DNA of 64,000 nucleotides, taken from assembly GCA_964401685.1 (NCBI GenBank), contig CAYNZH010000008.1:2217-66216 (forward strand). The letters run 5' to 3'. Under the pieces are notes generated by a model. That model was not told the origin of the DNA. It saw nothing but the letters and a program-made list of their open reading frames with translations, and made no database searches. Made by a program: the position numbers and the translations under genes. Below, one piece after another: positions 1-7,587 of this stretch (within the stretch, counting starts at the first letter, position 1; each line of letters starts with the position of its first letter). Source of the stretch: an uncultured Sphingobacteriaceae bacterium. GTDB taxonomy: Bacteria; Bacteroidota; Bacteroidia; Sphingobacteriales; Sphingobacteriaceae.

Positions 1-853
1 TCTGCACCTGATACGTCTGGATATCATGACCAATCACCAATCCATCTTCGCCGGGAACTGCAATTCCTGTCGCTACGTAAATATCGGGCTGTTCCGCAAT
101 AACGTATTCCATGTTCAACGTGCCCACTTCACCAGGCAAAATATTCCCGATGTTCTCGCCACCGACAAAATCGATAAACTCACCTAAATTTCCTTTTCCT
201 GGCGTTCCGGGAGGCACATTACCGCGGATCATCTCCATATAAACCTTAGGCCTATGGAGGTTTTTGTGTTTTGCAAGCGTTCCTGCGATATGATGTAACC
301 GCCTTTGATAAAAGGAAATAAACTCTTTAGCCTGTTTTTCACGACCGAGTACCTGACCCAAAAGTTGCATGCTGGGGACGGTATTCTTAAAAGGGTGCAG
401 GCGGAAATCTATAAACACAATCGGAATTCCTGCAGCTTCGAGCTGACGTATGATATCTGCAGATTTTGCATTTGGCCCGTGAGAACCTGCACCGAAAATG
501 GCAAGATCGGGCCTCAACGCGATGATTTGCTCCGTCGATACCGTTTCCTTGCCGGACGAACCTATTAAGGGTATCGTCTCCATTGCTGGAAAGGCTTTTT
601 GATAGGCTTCATACAGTAACCCCCCAGATTTTTTAAAATCTCCGGTCCACCCAGCGACTATGCTAACCGGGTCAGGATGCAATAATGCCAGGGTAGTCAA
701 TTGACGTCCTTCGCCCAAAATTACCCTTTTGGCGGGCTTATCCAAGCTGACCTTTCGCCCGACAATATCCGTTACTACGATTTTTTGTGCCTGAACATTC
801 GCAGCACACGCCAAGCAAATTAAGGCCAATACCAAAAAATTTCTTATGTACAT
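1..853 (-). CDS. ABC-type iron-siderophore periplasmic substrate-binding protein (FecB/FepB-like, PF01497-type); C-terminus runs off the left edge
   Basis: Not in ORF track (open at edge). Own translation from ATG 853: MYIRNFLVLALICLACAANVQAQKIVVTDIVGRKVSLDKPAKRVILGEGRQLTTLALL...ALRPDLAIFGAGSHGPN... Signal peptide plus binding-protein motifs. Lies 6 nt downstream of the esterase gene. Confidence 0.7.
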   Translation of the reverse strand, partial: MYIRNFLVLALICLACAANVQAQKIVVTDIVGRKVSLDKPAKRVILGEGRQLTTLALLHPDPVSIVAGWTGDFKKSGGLLYEAYQKAFPAMETIPLIGSSGKETVSTEQIIALRPDLAIFGAGSHGPNAKSADIIRQLEAAGIPIVFIDFRLHPFKNTVPSMQLLGQVLGREKQAKEFISFYQRRLHHIAGTLAKHKNLHRPKVYMEMIRGNVPPGTPGKGNLGEFIDFVGGENIGNILPGEVGTLNMEYVIAEQPDIYVATGIAVPGEDGLVIGHDIQTYQVQ

Positions 854-859
854 TTTATC

Positions 860-2008
860 TTAATTATTTTTATTTAATGCTATAAACCACTGGTAAAAAG
901 AAGGAAACGCTTCTCGCCAGTGCAGTGCCCCATGTCTTCCATTTTGCTCGTATTCGGTTCTCAGACCTGGATTTATCCTGTTCTCAATGTGTCCGACTAT
1001 GTTCATTACGTCCAGGTGCATCGCGACAAAACTACCGTCCGGTTTACGCCTGAGCTCCTGCTCCCCAGCATAAAAGTAGTAATGCTGCTGTGAATGTGCC
1101 TTTTTTACCTCCAATTGTTGGATAAAAAGTTGGATTTGACCCTCGTCCAGCCATACTGAAGGTGAAAATACCCCAACAAGCCCAAAAGTTTCGGGGTAAA
1201 GAAGTCCTCCGTACAGACTACTCAGACCGCCCAGCGAACTCCCTAAAATGCCTGTATGTGTGCTTTCCGGCCGTGTGCGGAACTTCTTGTCGATGGAAGG
1301 TTTAAGCGTATTCACAATAAAATCCAAGAATTCGCGGCCCGATACCTCGGGAAAACGCTCATTAGGGAAAACATACAGTTCTTGTTCTCTTTCGTCAAAA
1401 TCCCGCGGATGGTCGATAGCAACCACGATAAAGGATTCTTTCTGCTGATCTAGGAATTCATCGATTCCCCACTCTATGGGACCGATACGTCCCTGGGATG
1501 TTGCTTCGTCAAATAGGTGCTGCCCATCAGGCATATAAAGCACGGGGTACATTTGCTGGCTCTGTGCATAGTCCGCGGGGAGATACACGCTTATTTTGCG
1601 TTTCTTGCCGAGTTGAGGCATGTAGAACGCGGAATCCAGAATCTGCACATTCGCGGACAGGGTCGACGCGGGAAAGTCGTCCCGCCATCCTTCGATCTCA
1701 GTTATTGCTCGAATTTCTTCCCCTAGAACTGCTGTCCGCGGCCCGGTCAAGTTCCCCTTTTTTGTGCTCTCAGATTTGGCCCATGTCCCGCGCGTAAACT
1801 TGTATTCCAATCTGTCGCTAGGAATGTCGTCGAGGACGCGTTCGAGGTACCAGGTCCCATCGCGTCGCTTTTCAAGGATGAAATTGGTGTCCGCGGGATT
1901 CCATTGATTGAAATTTCCGGACACATAGAGGGTGTCACCCCGATGTGTGTCCGGTGCTTTTTCTACCTGTACGGAAAACAAAATCTGACTAAGAACAAGC
2001 AGCAACAT
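860..2008 (-). CDS. secreted alpha/beta-hydrolase esterase (PF00756 enterochelin-esterase/esterase-D type) with N-terminal CBM48/E-set-like module
   Basis: 382-aa ORF. N-terminal GDTLYVSGNFNQWNP...DGTWY...EYKFTRGTW beta-sandwich pattern. GILGSSLGG nucleophile elbow (GxSxG). C-terminal GRHGALHW His region. Third gene of the receptor operon. Confidence 0.7.
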   Translation of the reverse strand: MLLLVLSQILFSVQVEKAPDTHRGDTLYVSGNFNQWNPADTNFILEKRRDGTWYLERVLDDIPSDRLEYKFTRGTWAKSESTKKGNLTGPRTAVLGEEIRAITEIEGWRDDFPASTLSANVQILDSAFYMPQLGKKRKISVYLPADYAQSQQMYPVLYMPDGQHLFDEATSQGRIGPIEWGIDEFLDQQKESFIVVAIDHPRDFDEREQELYVFPNERFPEVSGREFLDFIVNTLKPSIDKKFRTRPESTHTGILGSSLGGLSSLYGGLLYPETFGLVGVFSPSVWLDEGQIQLFIQQLEVKKAHSQQHYYFYAGEQELRRKPDGSFVAMHLDVMNIVGHIENRINPGLRTEYEQNGRHGALHWREAFPSFYQWFIALNKNN

Positions 2009-2016
2009 GGTATCGC

Positions 2017-3294
2017 TTAGTTCAGGGTCACTTTATGGAAACCCGAAACAGCGCCACCAACGTTTACTGAAAACAACAGGGAAGCACTATTTGTCGCAAA
2101 ATCGTATTCGTAGTAGCCGTTCTCGCCACTTTTTGTAGCCCCCCTAAGCAAAACCTTTCCATCGACTTCGCTAGCCGCAAGTGCCGCTCCGGGGTTTGTT
2201 CCTACTGGTATACCGGAGATTTTCTGAAACTCCTTGCTTTGCACATCCAGCGCATAGAACTCCCAGATATCGGCATTATTGATATTTCCACTACCGCCGC
2301 CAGTCAGCGACTCTGTGTTTAGGGTAAGAATCAGTCTGCCGTTTTTTGCAAATACGTTGACGAATTTTCCATTGTCCTGAGCTCGGAAATCGGAAAATTT
2401 CAGTTCCCAGGTAGGATCGATTTCGGTTTCATTTGCACGAATACGAACGATTTTAGATTTTCCTCCCAAGGCCGAACGTCCTTGAGTCACGATATATAGA
2501 TCACCATTGCTATCGAAATCATACATATGGTTTTCATTGATGTAAGCAATGCTCCCTGTGTCCTCGATTTTTATGGTTTTTTCGTGAGTTTCGGTCGCCA
2601 GATCGATGACCGCAACGTAAACATCGGGATAGAAATCGTCAAAAAAGCCAATCTGCGTAGTGGGATTGGTGGCATAGGTGATGTTGGCATAGAGCTTTCC
2701 GTTTTTGATTGCAAGTAGTTTTTGGCCCACAGAACGGAAACTGATTCCAGCCTCGCCCTGACCTCGCTCTTCAACAGCTGCAGATAGATCCAGAGAACCC
2801 GTGTTCTGCATAGTCGAAGGATTGAACTTCTGAATGCGCGTTGGCTCAGCAGCATCCCAGTAGTAGCCATTCGTTGCACTTTCTATGACGAAATTGCCGG
2901 TGCCAAAGTATTTTGCAGCAGCCGCAGGATCCTTAGACATGATAAACGCACCCGCTGTCACTGTTCCGTCCTTTGCAATGTTGATTTTCTCGATTCCTGT
3001 GCTGTAATCAGAGGTTTTGAACATTTTATAAATGTCGTTTTCGTGCGTTCTCCAGCCTCCCATTCCTTGTCCTTCCAGCGATCCGGAAGAGGCGTTTGAA
3101 ATCGTTCCTGAGGGAAATTCGTCAAAGCTACTGATAAAACCAGCCTTGGTGCCAGACACCCTATCTGCCAAGGTGATCAAGACATATTTGTCCTGCCCGT
3201 CCTGTTGGGGGGCGGGATCATCATTGCTGCAACCTCCAAGAAAAAGAACCAGTGCAATCGATCCTAAGCGTATTAATCCGTTTATTTTTGTCAT
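2017..3294 (-). CDS. surface lipoprotein, DUF4374/XusB-like candidate
   Basis: 425-aa ORF with lipobox LFLGGC|SNDD and repetitive beta-rich composition. Lies 24 nt downstream of the TonB-dependent receptor, the usual position of DUF4374 lipoproteins. Family assignment is from remembered pattern, not a search. Confidence 0.5.
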   Translation of the reverse strand: MTKINGLIRLGSIALVLFLGGCSNDDPAPQQDGQDKYVLITLADRVSGTKAGFISSFDEFPSGTISNASSGSLEGQGMGGWRTHENDIYKMFKTSDYSTGIEKINIAKDGTVTAGAFIMSKDPAAAAKYFGTGNFVIESATNGYYWDAAEPTRIQKFNPSTMQNTGSLDLSAAVEERGQGEAGISFRSVGQKLLAIKNGKLYANITYATNPTTQIGFFDDFYPDVYVAVIDLATETHEKTIKIEDTGSIAYINENHMYDFDSNGDLYIVTQGRSALGGKSKIVRIRANETEIDPTWELKFSDFRAQDNGKFVNVFAKNGRLILTLNTESLTGGGSGNINNADIWEFYALDVQSKEFQKISGIPVGTNPGAALAASEVDGKVLLRGATKSGENGYYEYDFATNSASLLFSVNVGGAVSGFHKVTLN

Positions 3295-3318
3295 AATATA
3301 TTGTTTGATATATGTGAA

Positions 3319-5706
3319 TTAGAATTGATAATTTATTTTCAAATGAAAACTACGACCCGCCCTTTCTATTTTGTAATAATCAAAGAGCTTTTCGTTCGTT
3401 AAATTTTTGATTTCAAAACCTAAGTGCAAAGGGCTGCTTCCAAAAAAGTAATTGAGACCCAAGGTCAGTAGATGCTGATCGGGGATGATATTGGTCACGG
3501 GGACCCCTGCCTTACCAAATAATCCCAGAAAGCCTTGAGGCTCTTTATCTCTAGGAATTTGGTTCAAATAAAATTCTCGGATGAAATTCCAGTGACCATA
3601 AACGTGTAGTTTGTCCATTGTACGGAGAACACCTTGGTACTGTCCGTTAACGCCCATATTGGCAAAGAAGTAAGGCGTGTTTCTCAGTCGTGTTCCCTCC
3701 ATCCATTGATGTATGGGATCGCCGATATCGATCATGCGATTGTCCTGCCAGGTGGTATTCGCGGTCAGATTCCAGTTTTTGTGCACTCTGTAAGAAAAAT
3801 CAATATCGAAGCCATAACCCCTTATGCTATCCAGGTTTTGGTATTGGGCAAAAGGTGGCTGCACCGGCACGAGCATGATCATGCCCTTTGTTTTCCTATA
3901 AAAACCTCCCAGTTCAAGGCCAAAAGTGGACGTCGAGAATGCATAGCTAAGGTGTGCGTTAAAACTCCTTTCCGGCAGAAGATTAAAATTTGGTGCGCGC
4001 GTATCATTATCCCCGAATAGCTCTGATTCTCGCGGAAGTCTATTGGTCATTTCATAGGAAGCCCGCAGGTAACTTCGCTGATTCAACTGGAATTTGAGGG
4101 CTTGTCCCCATCCCCAATTGGATTTGTTGTTTTTCACGAAATGGTTCAATTCGTTTTCATTGGCCATAAAGCCATTAATTCCTTTACTACCGTAGTGAAA
4201 ATGCTTGAGGGTAAATTGGTTGGTGAGCCTGTCATCCATCCATTTTGATTGCCACGAAAGACCTGCAACCGTCTTCAGATACGTGGCTTCACGACTCAAG
4301 ACGTCTATATCCGTACCCTTGAATCTTAGCCCGTAGGGATCAGAGCCCACACGCTTGTTTAGCTGATAGACGAAGTTCGCTTCTAGAATCTGCTGATCTG
4401 AAATATGAAAGCGACCGTTTGTCCGGCTCATGACATTTGAAAAATCGAGGCGGGCTAATGAACGTCTGGGACTTTCACCCATTTCGGCACGGGGTGTGAA
4501 ACGTCCATACCAATCAAAGGTACCGTGAACAGTATCGGTGCGGCCCCTGTTTATATCGCTGTAGGAGACAAACTGATCAAGTTCAAAGCGCCCTCCCCAG
4601 TTCTTTTTATAGCGCAGGCTAGGCACGATTCCGCGATTGTGAGTCGTCATCGCACCATAGGGATTGGTCATCAAGGCGGGATGTTGAGCCTGCCTTTCGA
4701 CGCCGTAGGTTGCCAGAGAAAACCTGAGTTCATCCGCCCAGCTCAGGTCTTTTACGCCAGCGAAAATGTCCGAATAGAATTGCTTATAACCGTTATGAAA
4801 CAGCTCTACGCGTGTAGGTACAGGATTAGCGTGCGCATCAACAATTTGTACTTCGGCGTCATAATTGTTCCGTGAATAATTGAAAAAACCCTCCCAACCC
4901 GCGAAAAAATTTGATCGAATGGGCTGGTAAAGATGAAAATTGACTAGATGGGTGTGAAAGGATGCGACTTCATAGGACAAATTAAGTTGGCGCTGTGAAA
5001 ATTCCTGAGGAATGACATTGACCGCGCCGCCTAAGGCATCCCCACCCAGGTAGATGGGAACTACACCTTTGAAGATGTCCACTCTTTCCAGCAAATTCGT
5101 AGGCACATTGTGAATCCCATACCCACCTCCAAGGTATTCCAGGGGGATTCCATCCCGGAAATATTGGACCGAATTGCCCTGAAAGCCGTTAATGGATACA
5201 TCTACCGGAGTTCCCACACCTCCGCTTTGCCGGATTCTAACGCCTGGAGACCGGTTCATTAGCTCTGCCAGCGTTGCGGGCTGCTTTGAGGCTTGCTGCA
5301 CGTCAACAACCACGGCCTTGACCGGCAATTCACGTGCATGCTGGGCTTTTGACTTACCTTGGACAACAACGTTCTCCAGCCTTTCCAAGGCTTGGGGTAA
5401 AATGATCTTAAATTCGCGCTCTTGGGTATAAAAATCGAGCTCAAAAGAAAGAGTAGCGGTCTCGTAGCCCAGGAAACTGGCCTTCAGCACGTAGGCACCG
5501 AAGGGTAGGTCGGTCCAATTAAAGGTGCCGGTCTCGTCGGTTGAAACTTCCCTTTTAATGGGGCCGTCAAGTGCTAGCGTCACCCCCTCCATGGGCATCT
5601 CCTGCTCGTTTACCACCACGCCTTTGACTTGTCCCTCTGAAGAGCCAGGGCCAGAACCAAACAATAAAATTATATATGTAAGTACTACTAGAATTTGCTG
5701 TTCCAA
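3319..5706 (-). CDS. TonB-dependent receptor with N-terminal CarboxypepD_reg-like domain
   Basis: 795-aa ORF. VKGVVVNEQEMPMEGVTLAL...TGTFNWTDLPFGAYVLKASFLGYE regulatory-like domain, plug region (NVVVQGK...VDVSINGF), long beta-barrel ending HLKINYQF (terminal aromatic). Start codon is TTG; there is no in-frame ATG upstream. Confidence 0.9.
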   Translation of the reverse strand: MEQQILVVLTYIILLFGSGPGSSEGQVKGVVVNEQEMPMEGVTLALDGPIKREVSTDETGTFNWTDLPFGAYVLKASFLGYETATLSFELDFYTQEREFKIILPQALERLENVVVQGKSKAQHARELPVKAVVVDVQQASKQPATLAELMNRSPGVRIRQSGGVGTPVDVSINGFQGNSVQYFRDGIPLEYLGGGYGIHNVPTNLLERVDIFKGVVPIYLGGDALGGAVNVIPQEFSQRQLNLSYEVASFHTHLVNFHLYQPIRSNFFAGWEGFFNYSRNNYDAEVQIVDAHANPVPTRVELFHNGYKQFYSDIFAGVKDLSWADELRFSLATYGVERQAQHPALMTNPYGAMTTHNRGIVPSLRYKKNWGGRFELDQFVSYSDINRGRTDTVHGTFDWYGRFTPRAEMGESPRRSLARLDFSNVMSRTNGRFHISDQQILEANFVYQLNKRVGSDPYGLRFKGTDIDVLSREATYLKTVAGLSWQSKWMDDRLTNQFTLKHFHYGSKGINGFMANENELNHFVKNNKSNWGWGQALKFQLNQRSYLRASYEMTNRLPRESELFGDNDTRAPNFNLLPERSFNAHLSYAFSTSTFGLELGGFYRKTKGMIMLVPVQPPFAQYQNLDSIRGYGFDIDFSYRVHKNWNLTANTTWQDNRMIDIGDPIHQWMEGTRLRNTPYFFANMGVNGQYQGVLRTMDKLHVYGHWNFIREFYLNQIPRDKEPQGFLGLFGKAGVPVTNIIPDQHLLTLGLNYFFGSSPLHLGFEIKNLTNEKLFDYYKIERAGRSFHLKINYQF

Positions 5707-5799
5707 AGCCGAAAATTGTGTGCTATTATTTCGGGTGCTAATTTAGACTAATTACAGATAAGATGCAAATCCAATAGCAAGTTTTACCTCAGAGCGGAC

Positions 5800-6591
5800 T
5801 TAGGTACCTTTTCCGGGCCACTGGATGGCCTTTTTTTCTTCCGGGCTGAGCGCCTTGAATTTGGCATAGGAATCCATGATGTAAAGATTGAAATCTTGTT
5901 CTGAACTTTTTAAAACAAAATCTAGGCCTGGTCTGAATCTCACAAGAAACATCTCCAGTTCGTCACCTTTCAAGGGCGTGACCGCTTGTACTGCGGATCT
6001 TGAAAAACGACGATCGATCGCACGCCTGTCTTTTTCCTTCAAGAGCATTTCATAGTGCTCCCTGGCCCTTCTTCCGCTTTCCCCAAAAAGCCGGGAAGGG
6101 GAGAGGCGAATTCCACCCCGATGAATGGAGGTCTCAAGAAATTGCCCTTCTTTTTCCGCCTTTTCAATCTCTAGATCCAGCTGGGAATTTGTGAGCGCAC
6201 GTACGGTGACAGCATCTATCAATATGTTACCGTCGGCCACGCTAAGGTAAATACGTTTAAATTCGTGTTCAATCAACAACAACGTATCTGTTCTGTACCC
6301 ATTATAGCGGAACTCCAACAGGTCGTTCTTCCTTGCGGCGATACTAAAACGCCCTTCATTTGTAGTTTCGACGTTGGATTTGGCGTTGAGGTTGCGAACC
6401 TGCACGTTCGCCATAGGTTGGTCATTGCGAAGATCCAGGACGATCCCATGCAATATAGCGGTGTCCGCCCTTGCGACCTCCTGCCGGGCGTGAGCATTGA
6501 GGCTAGCGGCCGTCAAAAGACTGAGACCGAATAAACCTATACTTATTTTAGCTAAAAACTTCCTCATACCTGTCTTCATTAAACCCAACAA
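5800..6591 (-). CDS. secreted protein with carboxypeptidase-regulatory-like domain, function unknown
   Basis: 263-aa ORF. Signal peptide MRKFLAKISIGLFGLSLLTAASLNAHA suggests the true start is 6579 or 6567. LHGIVLDLRNDQPMANVQVRNLN...NEGRFSI motif. Confidence 0.55.
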   Translation of the reverse strand: MLGLMKTGMRKFLAKISIGLFGLSLLTAASLNAHARQEVARADTAILHGIVLDLRNDQPMANVQVRNLNAKSNVETTNEGRFSIAARKNDLLEFRYNGYRTDTLLLIEHEFKRIYLSVADGNILIDAVTVRALTNSQLDLEIEKAEKEGQFLETSIHRGGIRLSPSRLFGESGRRAREHYEMLLKEKDRRAIDRRFSRSAVQAVTPLKGDELEMFLVRFRPGLDFVLKSSEQDFNLYIMDSYAKFKALSPEEKKAIQWPGKGT

Positions 6592-6901
6592 TTATGCCAG
6601 TAGGATGTTCGATTACAGGTCTTTTAATTAAGCTCGTGTTTTCGGTCATTAGTGCGACAGCGCTCTGAGAATCGACCACAGCTTGTTGGATTTCAGGTGA
6701 AAGCCGCCTCCAAGTTGTGCCTTTTTTGTTTAAAAGCGTTTCCCAGCCTATTTCATTGGCCCATTTCGTCAGAAGTACCGTATCCGCACCCACCTTTTTG
6801 AAATCATGAAAGAGGTAGGGGACATTCCGCGCACTCAGCCAGTCTAATGCTTTCTTGACCGAATTGCAGTTTTTTATCCCATAAATCGCTAATTCTGCCA
6901 T
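6548..6901 (-). CDS. ArsC/Spx-family protein (YffB-like, single N-terminal Cys)
   Basis: 117 aa with the family pattern IYGIKNCNSVKKALDWL...YLFHDFKK...LLNKKGTTWRRL...LIKRPV. Confidence 0.8.
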   Translation of the reverse strand: MAELAIYGIKNCNSVKKALDWLSARNVPYLFHDFKKVGADTVLLTKWANEIGWETLLNKKGTTWRRLSPEIQQAVVDSQSAVALMTENTSLIKRPVIEHPTGIIVGFNEDRYEEVFS

Positions 6902-6904
6902 ATT

Positions 6905-7525
6905 CTAAGAGGCGGAATTGATCGAAGCAACGACTTCCTCTGCCGTTTTTACCCCGTTCCAGTAGGTTTTGAGCAGTCCGTCGCTGCCATAGATATAGGT
7001 AGCCGGATACTGTGTGGGAACATGAAACTTATTAATAAATTCGATGTTTCGGTCGTATAACATATGCACCTTGCTTTGTCCGTTGAGTTCTTTGGCGAAA
7101 CGGTCGAAAAATGTCGCCATCAATCCTGGATCATTCATAGAAACGAAGTAGAAGTTCGCATCTGTCAGCTTATCCAGATTGGCACCGATATCCCTCGCCT
7201 CGTGCTGACAATAACCACAACTTGGGTCAAATAAGATAAACACGTGGGGTCCACTAGCACCAAGGTCGTTTTTTGTAAAGCTGATGCCGCTCTTTAGTAT
7301 GTAAAAATTGAAGTCCGGAATGGCATTTGCCGGCGAATTTGACTGGCTGGGTACATTCACTGGAGTCGGAGTCGTCGCCGGATTGTTTGAGACTCCCTGC
7401 TGGCTGGCTGCAGCATTGCCTTGGATTTCACTTTTATTTTCCGGTGAACCGCAGGCGATTGCCAGGCCAGACAGAAACAGTACGGTCGTGGTTCTCAGGA
7501 GCGATGATATTGCTTTAATTTGCAT
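6905..7525 (-). CDS. thioredoxin-fold (TlpA/redoxin-like) lipoprotein
   Basis: CxxC in FILFDPSCGYCQHE; lipobox LSGLAIAC|GS. Start moved to ATG 7525 because the TACATTTG -7 box at 7546-7553 lies inside the longer ORF (7573). Confidence 0.7.
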   Translation of the reverse strand: MQIKAISSLLRTTTVLFLSGLAIACGSPENKSEIQGNAAASQQGVSNNPATTPTPVNVPSQSNSPANAIPDFNFYILKSGISFTKNDLGASGPHVFILFDPSCGYCQHEARDIGANLDKLTDANFYFVSMNDPGLMATFFDRFAKELNGQSKVHMLYDRNIEFINKFHVPTQYPATYIYGSDGLLKTYWNGVKTAEEVVASINSAS

Positions 7526-7545
7526 AAAAAATCTTATTTCTTTTT

Positions 7546-7553
7546 CAAATGTA
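7546..7553 (-). promoter_or_regulatory. sigmaA -7 box TACATTTG for the thioredoxin-fold lipoprotein / arsC-family operon
   Basis: Matches the Bacteroidota TAnnTTTG consensus, 20 nt upstream of ATG 7525. Confidence 0.55.
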
Positions 7554-7587
7554 CTGAAAAAACGCCAATTCACAAAGCGATTCGACT

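Noticed and set aside
5738-5753. Direct repeat CTAATT-N4-CTAATT upstream of the TonB-dependent receptor, considered as a Fur or iron-regulator operator.
   Set aside because: It does not resemble the GATAATGATAATCATTATC Fur consensus, and it is too short and AT-rich to separate from background. There is also no perfect -7 box here; the best match is TGGATTTG (complement of 5766-5773).
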